Positions 9,149 through 19,174 of a stretch of DNA of 64,000 nt are shown here, one piece after another. Each line of letters starts with the position of its first letter. The first letter of the stretch is position 1. The notes beneath the pieces are model-generated. The model made no database searches. It was not told where the DNA came from and was given only the letters and a program-made list of their open reading frames with translations. This stretch comes from Pseudomonadota bacterium (GTDB taxonomy: Bacteria; Myxococcota_A; UBA9160; SZUA-336): assembly GCA_021295775.1 (NCBI GenBank), contig JAGWBS010000003.1, positions 395 to 64,394 on the forward strand, written 5' to 3'. Both the position numbers and the translations under genes were made by a program.

Positions 9149-11023
9149 GTGACCGGCGACGGCCCGGAGCCTTCCCAGGCCCGACGGCTCCTCCGGCTGC
9201 TGGGGTACGCGCGCCCCTACCTCCTGCTGGTGGCCGTGACGATCGTCTTCTCGCTGCTCTACGCGGGCGGGCTGACGGGGCGGGCCTACCTGGCCAAGCC
9301 GCTCTTCGACGACGTGCTGGTGCCCAGCCTCACCGCCGGCGAACTGCTCGACGACGTGCTGGGAGAAGCCCCGCCGGAGACCGTCTCCCCCGAGGTCGTC
9401 GAGGCGCAGCGCAGCCAGTTGCGCGCGCACGTGGACGAGAACCTGGCGCTGCTGATCGCGGCCGTGGTGGTGCTCGTCCTGGCGATGCCCCTGCTGCGCT
9501 TCGTGCGCGACTACAGCGGCGAATGGGTCATGACGCGCATCGGCGTCGACATGCAGATCGGGCTGGGCGAGAAGCTGCTTCGGCTGCCGCTCTCCTACCA
9601 CTGGCGCGGGAACCGCGGCGACGCCGTCGCCCGCGTCACCAACGACACCCTGGTCGCGAACCGCGCCCAGGTGCTGATCTTCGGCGAAGCGGTCCAGGAC
9701 GTGGCCCAGGTGCTGCTGGCGCTAAGCTGGATGTTCTTCCTGAGCTGGCCTCTGGCGCTGCTCGCCCTGGGGGTCGGACCGCCGGTTGCGGGGACCCTGG
9801 CCTTCTTCGGCCGGCGCATCCGCCGCACCAGTCAGCGGCGCCAGGAACAGGTCTCCGAGGTGGTGCAGCGGCTGATGCAGATCCTTTCGGGCATCCGCGT
9901 GATCAAGTCCTTCGACGCCGAGGAGACCGAGCGGGGCTCCTATCGCTTCGAGGCCATGCGCTACTTCCGCCGCGCCATGCGCGTGGTGTCCAACCGCGTC
10001 ATGTCCCGCTCGAGCGTGGAGCTGTTCAGTCAGGCCGCCTTCGCGATCGGCCTGCTGGCGGGCGTCGCGGCGCTGATCAACCAGCTCTGGGAGCTGACGC
10101 TGGGCGACCTGGCGGCGTTCACGGTCGTCTCGGCGATGCTCTACCGCCCGGTCAAGAACCTGACCCGCCTGTACAACGCGATCCAGGACTCGCTACCGGC
10201 GGCCGGGCGCGTCTTCGCGCTGCTGGACGCGGACGAGGAACCGTCCGACCCGCCCGATGCGCGCGACCTGGAGCGGGTCGAGCGCGAGATCCGCTTCCGG
10301 GACGTCCACTTCAATTACGGCCGGCAGGACGTGCTGAACGGCCTGGAGCTGACGCTCCGGGCCGGCGAGACCCTGGCGCTGGTGGGCCGGACGGGCGCCG
10401 GCAAGACCACCGTGGCCGACCTGCTGCTGCGCTTCCTGTCTCCGGAGCGGGGGGCGCTCGAGATCGACGGCGTCGACCTGCGGCAGATCCGGCGCAGCTC
10501 GCTGCGGCGGCTGATCTCCGTCGTCTCCCAGGACCCGTTCCTGTTCGACGCGACGCTGCTCGAGAACATCCGCTACGGCTGCCCCGAGGCCGGCGAGAGG
10601 CGGGTCCGGGAAGCCGCCCGCGCCGCCAACGCCCACGAGTTCATCGAGCGTCTGCCCCAGGGCTACGACACCCCGGCCGGAGAGCTGGGCGAGCTGCTCT
10701 CCGGCGGCCAGCGCCAGCGCATCACGATCGCGCGGGCGATCCTGCGCGACCCGCAGATCCTGATCTTCGACGAGGCGACTTCCGCGCTCGACGCCAAGGC
10801 CGAGCAGCAGGTCCAGCAGGCCATCCGGAACCTGATGGACGGGCGGACCGTGCTGCTGATCGCGCACCGCCTGTCCAGCGTGCAGGCGGCGGACCGGATC
10901 GCGGTACTCGAGGACGGCCGTATCTCGGCGGTCGGCACGCAGGCCGAGGTGCTGCGCGACAGCGCGCTGTACCGGGAGCTGGTCGAGCTGCAGCTCGCTC
11001 CGGCCGACGAGCCCGCCGGCTGA
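9149..11023 (+). CDS. ABC exporter, fused permease-ATPase (MsbA-like)
   Basis: GTG 9149 lies 7 nt after the rpmB stop. The protein has six TM segments, then Walker A GRTGAGKTT, LSGGQRQR, ILIFDEATSALD and AHRL. Confidence 0.9.
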   Translation: MTGDGPEPSQARRLLRLLGYARPYLLLVAVTIVFSLLYAGGLTGRAYLAKPLFDDVLVPSLTAGELLDDVLGEAPPETVSPEVVEAQRSQLRAHVDENLALLIAAVVVLVLAMPLLRFVRDYSGEWVMTRIGVDMQIGLGEKLLRLPLSYHWRGNRGDAVARVTNDTLVANRAQVLIFGEAVQDVAQVLLALSWMFFLSWPLALLALGVGPPVAGTLAFFGRRIRRTSQRRQEQVSEVVQRLMQILSGIRVIKSFDAEETERGSYRFEAMRYFRRAMRVVSNRVMSRSSVELFSQAAFAIGLLAGVAALINQLWELTLGDLAAFTVVSAMLYRPVKNLTRLYNAIQDSLPAAGRVFALLDADEEPSDPPDARDLERVEREIRFRDVHFNYGRQDVLNGLELTLRAGETLALVGRTGAGKTTVADLLLRFLSPERGALEIDGVDLRQIRRSSLRRLISVVSQDPFLFDATLLENIRYGCPEAGERRVREAARAANAHEFIERLPQGYDTPAGELGELLSGGQRQRITIARAILRDPQILIFDEATSALDAKAEQQVQQAIRNLMDGRTVLLIAHRLSSVQAADRIAVLEDGRISAVGTQAEVLRDSALYRELVELQLAPADEPAG

Positions 11024-11026
11024 AAC

Positions 11027-11049
11027 CGGGGGCGCTTCGCCGGCCCCCG
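11027..11049. terminator. GC hairpin between convergent genes (candidate bidirectional terminator)
   Basis: The 7-bp stem CGGGGGC pairs with GCCCCCG, with a 9-nt loop. It sits in the 54-bp gap between the ABC stop (11023) and the GT4 stop (11078). There is no U-tract. Confidence 0.35.
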
Positions 11050-11077
11050 CGCGCCGCGGCACTCGCCTCGAGGAAGC

Positions 11078-12211
11078 TCAGCCGCCCCCGCACAGCTCCG
11101 CGTAGAGCCGTTCGAGCGAGCGCGCCTGCTGCTCCGGGGTGTGGCGGGACAGCGCGCGGCGGCGGCCGGCGGCGCCGCGCGCTCCCCAGACGGCGGGATC
11201 GCGGCAGAGCTCGACGAAGGCGGACGCGAACGCCTCGGGGGACTCGGGCAGGACCCGGCCGGTCTCGCCGTCGACCACGGTCTCCGGCAGCGTTCCCCGG
11301 CCCGTCGCGATCACCGGCAGGCCCATCGCCATGGCTTCCAGCACCGCGCGGCACGAGCCGTCGGAGCCCGGCACCAGAAAGACCAGGGCGTGCAGGACCG
11401 ACAGCACCTCGACGTAATCGGCGACCCGGTAGCCGGCGCGGATCACCCCGTCCCCGAGACCCATGCGGGCGACCGGCTCGTCCAGGACCTGCCGCGCGCG
11501 GGTGCCGCGTCCCACCACCAGCAAGCGCAGCTCCGGCGCCCGTTCCCGCGCCCGGGAAAACGCCTCCAGCAGCAGCTCGACGCGCCGGTGCGTCTGGAGC
11601 CGCGCCACCAGGCCGATCACGCACGCGCCCTCGCCCAGGCCCAGCTCATGGCGGACCGCCGCCGAGGCGGGACGCGGGCGAAAGCGCTCCACGTCCACGC
11701 TCCCGGGCGCGACCGCCACCCGTTCGGGGGCCCAGCCCAGACCGGAACGGGCGCGCTCGGCGAGCCGCTCGCTCAGCACCGCCAGTCCCGAGTTGCCGGC
11801 GGGTCCGTACAGCCAGCGGTGCCACGGGGCCGTGGGGATGGGATCTCCGTGATGCCAGCTCAGCACGCGCGCCGCCCGCTGCCCGCGCAGCGCCAGCTTC
11901 GCCAGGATCTGGTCCCGCGTGTGGTGGGCATGGACCACGTCGTAGCCGCGCTCCCGCAGCAGCCGCCGCAGACCCCTCACCTCGGCTCCGTCGCGCACGG
12001 GCCAGTAGCCCTGCCGCCGGGCCAGCCGGTGGACCGGCTCGAAGCCGCGTTCCCGGGCGCGGTCGAGCAGGTTGGATGAGGCGCCGGGAGGAGGATCGGG
12101 CAGCGCCAGATCGACCGCATGACCGCTTTCGCGCAGCGCGCCCGCGAGGTGGAGCATCGGTTCCGCCGGACCGGTCCACTTCCAGTCGCCGGTCAGCTGC
12201 AGGATCTTCAA
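11078..12211 (-). CDS. family 4 (GT-B, RfaG-like) glycosyltransferase
   Basis: TTG 12211 gives MKILQLTGDWKWTGPAEPMLHLA... The C-terminal half has the GT4 pattern (LLVVGRG..., VFLVPGSDGSCRAVLEAMAMGLPVIAT, ETVVDGETG). Confidence 0.85.
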   Translation of the reverse strand: MKILQLTGDWKWTGPAEPMLHLAGALRESGHAVDLALPDPPPGASSNLLDRARERGFEPVHRLARRQGYWPVRDGAEVRGLRRLLRERGYDVVHAHHTRDQILAKLALRGQRAARVLSWHHGDPIPTAPWHRWLYGPAGNSGLAVLSERLAERARSGLGWAPERVAVAPGSVDVERFRPRPASAAVRHELGLGEGACVIGLVARLQTHRRVELLLEAFSRARERAPELRLLVVGRGTRARQVLDEPVARMGLGDGVIRAGYRVADYVEVLSVLHALVFLVPGSDGSCRAVLEAMAMGLPVIATGRGTLPETVVDGETGRVLPESPEAFASAFVELCRDPAVWGARGAAGRRRALSRHTPEQQARSLERLYAELCGGG

Positions 12212-12263
12212 CGCCCGATCTCCAGCTCCGGGAAAGCCGCGCCGCCGCTCGGCGCAGCGCCGT

Positions 12264-14396
12264 TCACGTCCGGACCCGCTCCGCCGACAGCACGCCCCGC
12301 ACCTTGGACAGGTGCGCCAGCACGGTCTCCAGGTGCTTGCGGTCCTTCACGCGCAGTTCGAAGCTCTGCACCGCCCGGTTGTTGTGGCTGGTGGAGATCC
12401 GCGCGCCGTCGATGTTGATGCCCTCCGCGCTGATCCGGTCGGAGATCGCCGCCAGCATGCCCGGGCGGTCCTCGGAGACGACCCTCACCCGGACCCGACG
12501 CAACTCGTCCGGCGCCGCGTCCCATTCCACCGGCACCCGGCGCTCGGGATCGAGGTGGAAGATCTTGGAGCAGTTCTTGACGTGCACGGTCACGCCGCGC
12601 CCGCGCGTGATGTATCCCTCGACGGGATCGCCGGGGACCGGCGAGCAGCACTTGGCGATGCGCACCACCACGTTCGACGGGTCCCCGACCCGGATGACGC
12701 CCGGCCGCGAGCCGATCCGCAGTACGCGCCGCAGCAGATCCGGCGCGTGCGACTCGTCGCCGCCGGCGACCCGCTGCGCGACGCTGCGCGCCTTGAGCCG
12801 GCCGTACGCGATCGCCCCCAGCATCGCGTCCAGATCGCGGTAGCGGAGCTGCTTGGCCACGGCGCCCAGGGTTCCGTCCTTGAGCAGCTTGTCGTAGCTG
12901 AGCCGCCGGCTCTTCAGGTCGCGCGTCAGGATGTCGCGCCCCATGCTGCGGGAGTTCTCCACCTGCTCGATCCGCACGGCGTGGCGGATGCGGCTGCGCG
13001 CGCGGCCCGAGACGACGTGGTCGAGCCATTCCTCGCGCGGGTTCTGGCGATCCGAAGTGATGATCTCCACCGTGTCGCCGTTGGCCAGGCGGTGACGCAG
13101 GGCGACGAGCTGACCGTTGATCTTGGCGCCCGCGCAGCGGTCGCCGATCTCGGTGTGCACCGCGTAGGCGAAATCGATCGGGGTGGCTCCGGCGGGCAGC
13201 GCGATCACGTCGCCCCGCGGGGTGAACACGTAGACCTCGTCCGCGAACAGGTCGACCCGCACCGTCTCCAGGAACTCGTTCGGGTCGACCAGGGTCTTCT
13301 GCCACTCCATCAGCTGGCGCAGCCAGGCGAACTGCTCCTCTTCCGAGGGGTCGAGCTGGCTGCCCTGCTTGTACTTCCAGTGCGCCGCGATGCCCATCTC
13401 GGCCACCCGGTGCATGGCCCAGGTGCGGATCTGCACCTCCATGCGCTCGCCCATCGGACCGATTACCGTGGTGTGCAGGGACTGGTAGCCGTTGGGCTTG
13501 CCCATAGCGATGTAGTCCTTGAACCGGCCCGCCACGGGCTTCCACATCTCGTGCACCAGGCCCAGCGTCTCGTAGCAGGTCGCCGCGGTTCCGGCGACGA
13601 TCACGCGGAACGCGATCAGGTCGTAGACCTGGTCGATGGTCAGGTTCTGCTCCTGCATCTTCTTGTACAGGCTGTAGGGCTCCTTGAGGCGGCCGGCGAT
13701 CTCGCACGAGAGCCCCCGCTCCTCGAGCCGGGAGCGCAGACTTCGGATCACCTCCTCGACGTACTCCTCGCGCTCGCGCGTCGTGCCCAGCACCCGCTCC
13801 TGGATCGAGGCGTACACCTCGGGGTAGAGCTCGCGGAACGCGCGGTCCTCGAGTTCCTCCTTCATCGGGAAGATTCCGAGCCGGTGGGCCAGCGGCGCGT
13901 AGATGTCCAGGGTCTCCCGGGAGATGCGCCGCCGCGAGGCCTCGTCCATGTACGTCAGCGTGCGCATATTGTGCAGCCGGTCGGCCAGCTTCACGATCAC
14001 GATCCGGATGTCCTTGGACATCGCCAGCAGCATCTTCCGGAAGTTCTCGGCCTGGCGTTCCTCGCGGCTGTTGAACTCGATCTTCGCCAGCTTGGTCAGC
14101 CCGCCGACCAGATCCGCGATCTCGTCGTCGAACTCGGCGCTCAGCTCGTCGAGCGTGGCGAAGGTGTCCTCGACCGTGTCGTGAAGCAGGCCGACGGCGA
14201 CCGTCACTGGGTCCAGCCGCAGGTTGGCCAGCATCTCCGCGACCGCCAGCGGGTGTGTGAGATAGGGCTCCCCGGACAGCCTCATCTGGCCCTGGTGCAC
14301 CTTGGCCGAGTACACGTAGACGCGGTGCAGCAGCGAGACGTCGGCCTGGGGGAAATTCCCCTGCACCACGTCGACGATCTCGTTGATCCGCGCCAC
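12264..14396 (-). CDS. rel: bifunctional (p)ppGpp synthetase/hydrolase, RelA/SpoT homolog
   Basis: The HD hydrolase domain is visible (YLTHPLAVAEMLANL..LLHDTVEDT). It is followed by a RelA_SpoT synthetase region (YQSLHTTV), TGS (VFTPRGDVIALPAGATPIDFAYAVH) and a C-terminal ACT-like domain. The protein is 710 aa. Confidence 0.95.
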   Translation of the reverse strand: MARINEIVDVVQGNFPQADVSLLHRVYVYSAKVHQGQMRLSGEPYLTHPLAVAEMLANLRLDPVTVAVGLLHDTVEDTFATLDELSAEFDDEIADLVGGLTKLAKIEFNSREERQAENFRKMLLAMSKDIRIVIVKLADRLHNMRTLTYMDEASRRRISRETLDIYAPLAHRLGIFPMKEELEDRAFRELYPEVYASIQERVLGTTREREEYVEEVIRSLRSRLEERGLSCEIAGRLKEPYSLYKKMQEQNLTIDQVYDLIAFRVIVAGTAATCYETLGLVHEMWKPVAGRFKDYIAMGKPNGYQSLHTTVIGPMGERMEVQIRTWAMHRVAEMGIAAHWKYKQGSQLDPSEEEQFAWLRQLMEWQKTLVDPNEFLETVRVDLFADEVYVFTPRGDVIALPAGATPIDFAYAVHTEIGDRCAGAKINGQLVALRHRLANGDTVEIITSDRQNPREEWLDHVVSGRARSRIRHAVRIEQVENSRSMGRDILTRDLKSRRLSYDKLLKDGTLGAVAKQLRYRDLDAMLGAIAYGRLKARSVAQRVAGGDESHAPDLLRRVLRIGSRPGVIRVGDPSNVVVRIAKCCSPVPGDPVEGYITRGRGVTVHVKNCSKIFHLDPERRVPVEWDAAPDELRRVRVRVVSEDRPGMLAAISDRISAEGINIDGARISTSHNNRAVQSFELRVKDRKHLETVLAHLSKVRGVLSAERVRT

Positions 14397-14405
14397 CCTC
14401 GCCGC

Positions 14406-15014
14406 CTAGCCGAAGTCGAAAGCCGCGAGCGAGGGCAGGACCCGCTCGCGCTCCACGCGCCGGGCGGCGATCACCTGCCGGAGCTGGGCCTCTGCGCGCT
14501 CCAGCACGTCGTTGACGATCACGTACCGGTACATGTCGATCGCCTTCCACTCCTCGCGGGCGCGCTCCAGACGCTTGCGGATCACTTCCTCCGCGTCCGA
14601 CTTACGCCCCCTCAGGCGCTCCTCCAGGACTTCGGGCGAGGGGGGCATGATAAACACGAACACGGCGCCGTCGAGGCGCCGCTTGAGCTGCCGCGCCCCC
14701 TCGACTTCGACCTCCAGGATCAGGTCGAGGCCCTGGCCGGTGGGCCCGCTCACGGCCTCGCGGCTGGTCCCGTACAGGTGCTCCTGGTACTCGGCCCACT
14801 CCAGGAACTCGCCGTCGTCGATCATGCGCCGGAACTCCGGCTCGCCCACGAAGTGGTAGTCGCGGCCCTGCTCCTCGCCCACCCGCGGCGGCCGGGTGGT
14901 GTGCGACACCGAAAAGCGCACCCCGGGGTCTTCCGAGATGACCCGCCGCAGCAGGGTGCTCTTGCCCGCGCCCGACGGCCCGGACACGACGAACGGCGTG
15001 CCGGCGGCGCTCAC
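14406..15014 (-). CDS. gmk: guanylate kinase
   Basis: GTG 15014 overlaps the upstream stop as GTGA. Motifs are [14 protein letters not shown] and [22 protein letters not shown]. Confidence 0.95.
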   Translation of the reverse strand: MSAAGTPFVVSGPSGAGKSTLLRRVISEDPGVRFSVSHTTRPPRVGEEQGRDYHFVGEPEFRRMIDDGEFLEWAEYQEHLYGTSREAVSGPTGQGLDLILEVEVEGARQLKRRLDGAVFVFIMPPSPEVLEERLRGRKSDAEEVIRKRLERAREEWKAIDMYRYVIVNDVLERAEAQLRQVIAARRVERERVLPSLAAFDFG

Positions 15015-15265
15015 GGGCCGTCCTCCGCCTCCCCGCCGCCGAGCCGGGCGGAGATCGTCTCGGCCTGCACGGCCGAGAGAATCACATGGTCCGAGTCGAT
15101 CACGATCACCGAACGGGTCTTGCGCCCCTGGGTGGCGTCGACCAGCTTGCCGCGCTTGCGGGCCTCCTCGCGCATGCGGCGGACCGGCGCGGCGGCGGGC
15201 CCGACCACGGCGACGACCCGATCCGCCACGACCACGTTTCCGTATCCGACGTTGACCAGTCTCAC
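15011..15265 (-). CDS. remA: DUF370 / RemA-like protein
   Basis: My own start call is GTG 15265 (GTGA overlap with the yicC stop). The sequence is [71 protein letters not shown]. It is 84 aa and is hidden inside track ORF 15011..15757. Confidence 0.8.
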   Translation of the reverse strand: MRLVNVGYGNVVVADRVVAVVGPAAAPVRRMREEARKRGKLVDATQGRKTRSVIVIDSDHVILSAVQAETISARLGGGEAEDGP

Positions 15266-16149
15266 TCGACGTTCAGCACCTGTTCGCGGACCTTCTCCAG
15301 CTCCGCCTTGAGCTCGACCACTTCGCGCGCGAGCGCCGCGTCCGCCGCCTTGGAGCCGACGGTGTTGAGCTCGCGCCCGATCTCCTGGAGCAGGAACTCC
15401 AGCTTTCGCCCGGCCGGGGAGCCGCCCTCCAGCACCTCCCCGAACTGCTCGCAGTGGCTGCGCAGGCGCACGATCTCTTCGCTGACGTCCATGCGCTCGA
15501 CCTGCAGCAGGACCTCCTGCTCGAGCCGCGCGGGATCGACTTCGATCTCGGGCGCGAGCGCGGCGAGGCGCTTGTGAAGCCGCTCGCGCTGCGCGTCGCG
15601 CACCGCTTCCGCGCGCGCCTCGATCCGCGCGATCCGCTCGACCACGCCGTCGAGCATCCCGCGCAGATCCTTGGTCAAGGTTTCGCCCTCGCGCGTGCGC
15701 ATCTGCTCCGCCGCGCGGAAGGCGGCCTCGACCGCCTGCAGGGCCGCCTCCTCCCACTCGTCCGGCTTCGGCCCCGCCTCCGCCTCCGCCGTGCGCGCGA
15801 CTCCCGGCAGGGAAAGCAGGACCGAGAGATCGAGCGCGGGTTCGAGTCCCAGGTCGCCGGCGAGCTCCTCGGCGGCCCGCGCGTATTCCAGGGCCGCCCC
15901 GACGTCGACCTCCACGCCCGTGCCCCGCTCCTGCGCTTGCGGCAGCCGGAGGCCGATCTCGACCTGCCCGCGGGCGAAGAAGCGGCCCGCGAGCTGACGC
16001 ACGCGGCTCTCGAGCCCGGCCAGCTCCCGCGGCAGCCGCGAGCGGACGCCGAGATGGCGGGAGTTCACGCAGCGCGCCTCGGCCAGCATCTCCGATCCGC
16101 CGACCCCGGCGACGCCGCGCCCGAATCCGGTCATCGAACGCAGCGTCAT
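15262..16149 (-). CDS. yicC: YicC family stress-induced protein
   Basis: ATG 16149 overlaps the upstream stop as ATGA. The N-terminus is [13 protein letters not shown]... and the C-terminus is [20 protein letters not shown]. Confidence 0.85.
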   Translation of the reverse strand: MTLRSMTGFGRGVAGVGGSEMLAEARCVNSRHLGVRSRLPRELAGLESRVRQLAGRFFARGQVEIGLRLPQAQERGTGVEVDVGAALEYARAAEELAGDLGLEPALDLSVLLSLPGVARTAEAEAGPKPDEWEEAALQAVEAAFRAAEQMRTREGETLTKDLRGMLDGVVERIARIEARAEAVRDAQRERLHKRLAALAPEIEVDPARLEQEVLLQVERMDVSEEIVRLRSHCEQFGEVLEGGSPAGRKLEFLLQEIGRELNTVGSKAADAALAREVVELKAELEKVREQVLNVE

Positions 16150-17129
16150 GGCCCCGCGCCCAGCGCGGCGACCAACTGCTCGGGCGTGACCGTCGCAGTG
16201 CCCGGCACCTCGACCACCACGCCGGCGGCGGCGTTGGCCAGCCGCGCCGCCTCGCGCCATTCGCACTGCGAAAGCCGCGCCAGCGTCAGGGCGGCGATCG
16301 CCGTGTCGCCCGCGCCCGCCACGTCCGCGACGGCCCGCGGCGTGGTCGAGACATGCTCGGTGGGAGTCCCGGACTCGAACAGGCTCATGCCCTCGGGGCC
16401 GCGGGTGATGGCCAGCGTTCGCGCGCGGCAGTCCTGCAGCAGGCGCCGGCCCAGGCGCTCGAGATCGTCTTCGCCGCGCACGCGGATCCCCGCCACGGCC
16501 TCGGCCTCGCGCAGATTGGGCTTGACCAGCTCGGCCCCCTCGAAGCGCCAGGGAGGCGTCTTGGGGTCGACGAACACCCGCACCCCGCATTCCGCGAAGA
16601 TCGCCAGCGCCTCGTCCAGCAGCGGCGGAGCCAGCAGGCCCTTGCCGTAGTCCTGCACGATCGCGCCCGACGCCCCGGGAGCGCTCGCGCGCAGGCCCTC
16701 GAGCAGGCGGCCGACCAGCTCCGAGCGCACCGGTTCGTCGTCCTCGCGGTCGATGCGCACCACCTGCTGCGCGAGCGCGATGATGCGCGTCTTCTGGGTC
16801 GTGGGACGGCGCTCGTCGGACAGCAGGTTGCGGGTCTCGATCTTCCAGCGGTCGCAGAGTTGCCGGATCCCGTGGGCCGCCGCGTCTTCCCCGACCAGCC
16901 CGACCAGTTCGACCTGCGCTCCCAGGCTGGACAGATTGCGCGCGACGTTGCCGGCGCCGCCCAGCATGGCCGACTCGCGGTCGACCCGGACCACCGGCAC
17001 GGGCGCCTCGGGAGAGATCCGCTCGGTGCTGCCCCAGACGTAGCGGTCCAGGATCAGGTCGCCCAGGACCAGCACGCGGTGGCGGCCGAAGGCCTCCACC
17101 AGCTCCAGCTCGCGCCCCGAGCCGCTCAT
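16146..17129 (-). CDS. hldA: D-glycero-beta-D-manno-heptose-7-phosphate kinase (RfaE domain I only)
   Basis: ATG 17129 gives [33 protein letters not shown]... This is a PfkB fold ([18 protein letters not shown]). There is no adenylyltransferase domain. Confidence 0.8.
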   Translation of the reverse strand: MSGSGRELELVEAFGRHRVLVLGDLILDRYVWGSTERISPEAPVPVVRVDRESAMLGGAGNVARNLSSLGAQVELVGLVGEDAAAHGIRQLCDRWKIETRNLLSDERRPTTQKTRIIALAQQVVRIDREDDEPVRSELVGRLLEGLRASAPGASGAIVQDYGKGLLAPPLLDEALAIFAECGVRVFVDPKTPPWRFEGAELVKPNLREAEAVAGIRVRGEDDLERLGRRLLQDCRARTLAITRGPEGMSLFESGTPTEHVSTTPRAVADVAGAGDTAIAALTLARLSQCEWREAARLANAAAGVVVEVPGTATVTPEQLVAALGAGP

Positions 17130-17253
17130 CTCGCCGTCCCCGATCGCATGCGTCCCCCCAGTGTCCCCCGTCCGGCGGGGGATTTCACCTGTTCGCGCGC
17201 GGGGCCGGTCCGCCGGTGCTAGCCTTGCCCGCGTTCGAGCCGGAGGAACGCGG

Positions 17254-18024
17254 ATGGGCGGGACGCCGCCGCTCAGCGGCGTGGTGATCTGCTTCAACGA
17301 GCAGGAGAACATCGCCCGCTGCCTGGAGTCGCTGGCCTTATGCGACGAAATAGTGGTGGTGGACTCGGGCTCGACCGACGGCACGCGCGAGATCGTGCGG
17401 CGCTACACCGGGCGCGTGGTCGAGCAGGAGTTCCTCGGCTACGTCAAACAGAAGAACTTCGCGCTGGACCTCGCGACCCACGACTGGGTGGTGTCGCTGG
17501 ACGCGGACGAGGCGCTGACGCCGGAGCTGGCGGCCGAGATCCGCGACGCGCTGGCGCGCGACGGCGGCGAGGTCTGCGGCTACTGGCTCGACCGGGTGAC
17601 GTGGTTCCTGGGCCGGTGGCACGATCGCGGAGCCTGGCATCCCGACTGGCAGCTGCGGGTCTTCCGGCGCTCCAAGGCCCGCTGGGAAGGCCGCGACCCG
17701 CACGACCGGATCCGCCTGGACGGCCCGTCCCGGCGGCTGGCCGGACGGCTCGAGCACTTCAGCTACCGCGACCTGAGCGACAGCATCGGGACGATCGACC
17801 GCTTCACCACGCTGGCGGCGGGCGAGCTGCACAACGAGGGGGTCCGCTTCCGCCTGGTCGACCTGCTGGTCCGGCCCGTCTGGCGCTTCGTGCGCGGCTA
17901 CCTGCTGCGGGGCGGCTTCTCCAAGGGCCTGCCCGGATTCGTCGTCTCGGTGTCCTCGGCCTACTACGTCTTCATGAAGTACGCCAAGCTCTGGGAGTCG
18001 GAGCGCTCGCGGCGGGAATCCTAG
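17254..18024 (+). CDS. family 2 glycosyltransferase (LPS core type, WaaE/KdtX-like)
   Basis: ATG 17254 is preceded by GGAGGAA. Motifs are SGVVICFNEQENIARCLESL, VVVDSGSTDGT and SLDADE. Confidence 0.8.
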   Translation: MGGTPPLSGVVICFNEQENIARCLESLALCDEIVVVDSGSTDGTREIVRRYTGRVVEQEFLGYVKQKNFALDLATHDWVVSLDADEALTPELAAEIRDALARDGGEVCGYWLDRVTWFLGRWHDRGAWHPDWQLRVFRRSKARWEGRDPHDRIRLDGPSRRLAGRLEHFSYRDLSDSIGTIDRFTTLAAGELHNEGVRFRLVDLLVRPVWRFVRGYLLRGGFSKGLPGFVVSVSSAYYVFMKYAKLWESERSRRES

Positions 18025-19058
18025 AGCCGGCCGTAGATCGCGGCGTAGCGCTCGACCATCCGCTCCGGCGAGTACTCGGCCGCCTTGGCCCGGTTGGCGG
18101 CCGCGATCCGCGCGCGCAGGCCGGGGTCGCGGGCCAGCCGCAGCAGGGCCGCCGTCTGAGCGCCGCTGTCGTCCACTTCGCACAGCAGGCCGTTGACCGA
18201 CTCCTCGACGATCTCCGGAATGCCCCCGATGCGGGTGGCGACCACCGGCAGGCCGAACTCCAGCGCGTCGATCAGGACCGACCCCAGACCCTCGTGGCGC
18301 GAGGGAAAGAAGAAAAGGTCCATGGCCCGCAGGTGGTCGCCGACGTTGTCCACGAAGCCGGCGAAGTGGACGTTCGGCAGCCCGGAAGCGGCGCTCTTCA
18401 GCCGCGCCTCGTCGCGGCCCGCGCCCACCAGCAGGAAGCTCAGGCGCGGCTCGGCGTCGGCCAGTCGGCGGGCGGCCTCGACGATCTGCCTCTGTCCCTT
18501 GTGGGAATCGACCAGCGCCGCGACGTTTCCGACCAGCAGTCCGCCCTGCGCCGGCAGGTAACGCGCGCGGATCGCCGCGGCCGCCTCGGGATCCGCGCTC
18601 AGACCGCTGCTCGCCGAGGGAACGATCTCGCTGCCCAGCCGGGGGTCGAGGCGCCGGAGCGACTCGCCCACCGCGGCCGAGATCGCGACCCGGCCGGCCG
18701 CCCGCCCGTACATCGTCCGGTTGAGCCAGGTCGCGCCCGGCCCTCTCTCGTTGCGCCGGGTGATCAGATAGGGCGTGCCCCGCAGGACCCGGTTGAGCCA
18801 GGCGGCCTGAATCCCCCGGCCCTCGTGCACGTGCACCAGGTCCGCCCCCCGCAGCGCGCGCAGGGCGCTGAGCACGTTGTTGGGCACCGCGGCGACTTTC
18901 AGGCCGGCGATCCCGGCGCAGCGCTCCGCCAGCGGCTCGCCCCGCCGGGCGACCAGGCGCTGGCGCCAGCCGCGGCGCGCCAGGCCCTCGACCAGCAGCT
19001 GGATCTGGCGCTCGCCGCCGCGAAAGCCCGCGACCAGGTTCAGGTGCGCGATCAGCAA
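18021..19058 (-). CDS. family 4 glycosyltransferase
   Basis: The sequence starts MLIAHLNLVAGFRGGERQIQLLVEGLARRG... and contains FFFPSRHEGLGSVLIDALEFGLPVVATRIGGIPEIV. Its stop shares CTAG with the convergent GT2 gene. Confidence 0.85.
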   Translation of the reverse strand: MLIAHLNLVAGFRGGERQIQLLVEGLARRGWRQRLVARRGEPLAERCAGIAGLKVAAVPNNVLSALRALRGADLVHVHEGRGIQAAWLNRVLRGTPYLITRRNERGPGATWLNRTMYGRAAGRVAISAAVGESLRRLDPRLGSEIVPSASSGLSADPEAAAAIRARYLPAQGGLLVGNVAALVDSHKGQRQIVEAARRLADAEPRLSFLLVGAGRDEARLKSAASGLPNVHFAGFVDNVGDHLRAMDLFFFPSRHEGLGSVLIDALEFGLPVVATRIGGIPEIVEESVNGLLCEVDDSGAQTAALLRLARDPGLRARIAAANRAKAAEYSPERMVERYAAIYGRL

Positions 19059-19174
19059 GACACGCGCGAGCCTAGCAGTTGGGCGCCGGGCCCGTGACCC
19101 GGCGGAGGATGTTGCGCCGGCCCGGCCGCCGTGCGCGAAGTCTGCCGCACGGCCGGCAGTGCTAGGCTTCCGGC

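Noticed and set aside
18021-18024. Convergent GT2 and GT4 genes share the palindrome CTAG as overlapping stop codons.
   Set aside because: It is real in the sequence, but it is a trivial consequence of TAG being self-complementary within CTAG. No functional implication can be drawn.
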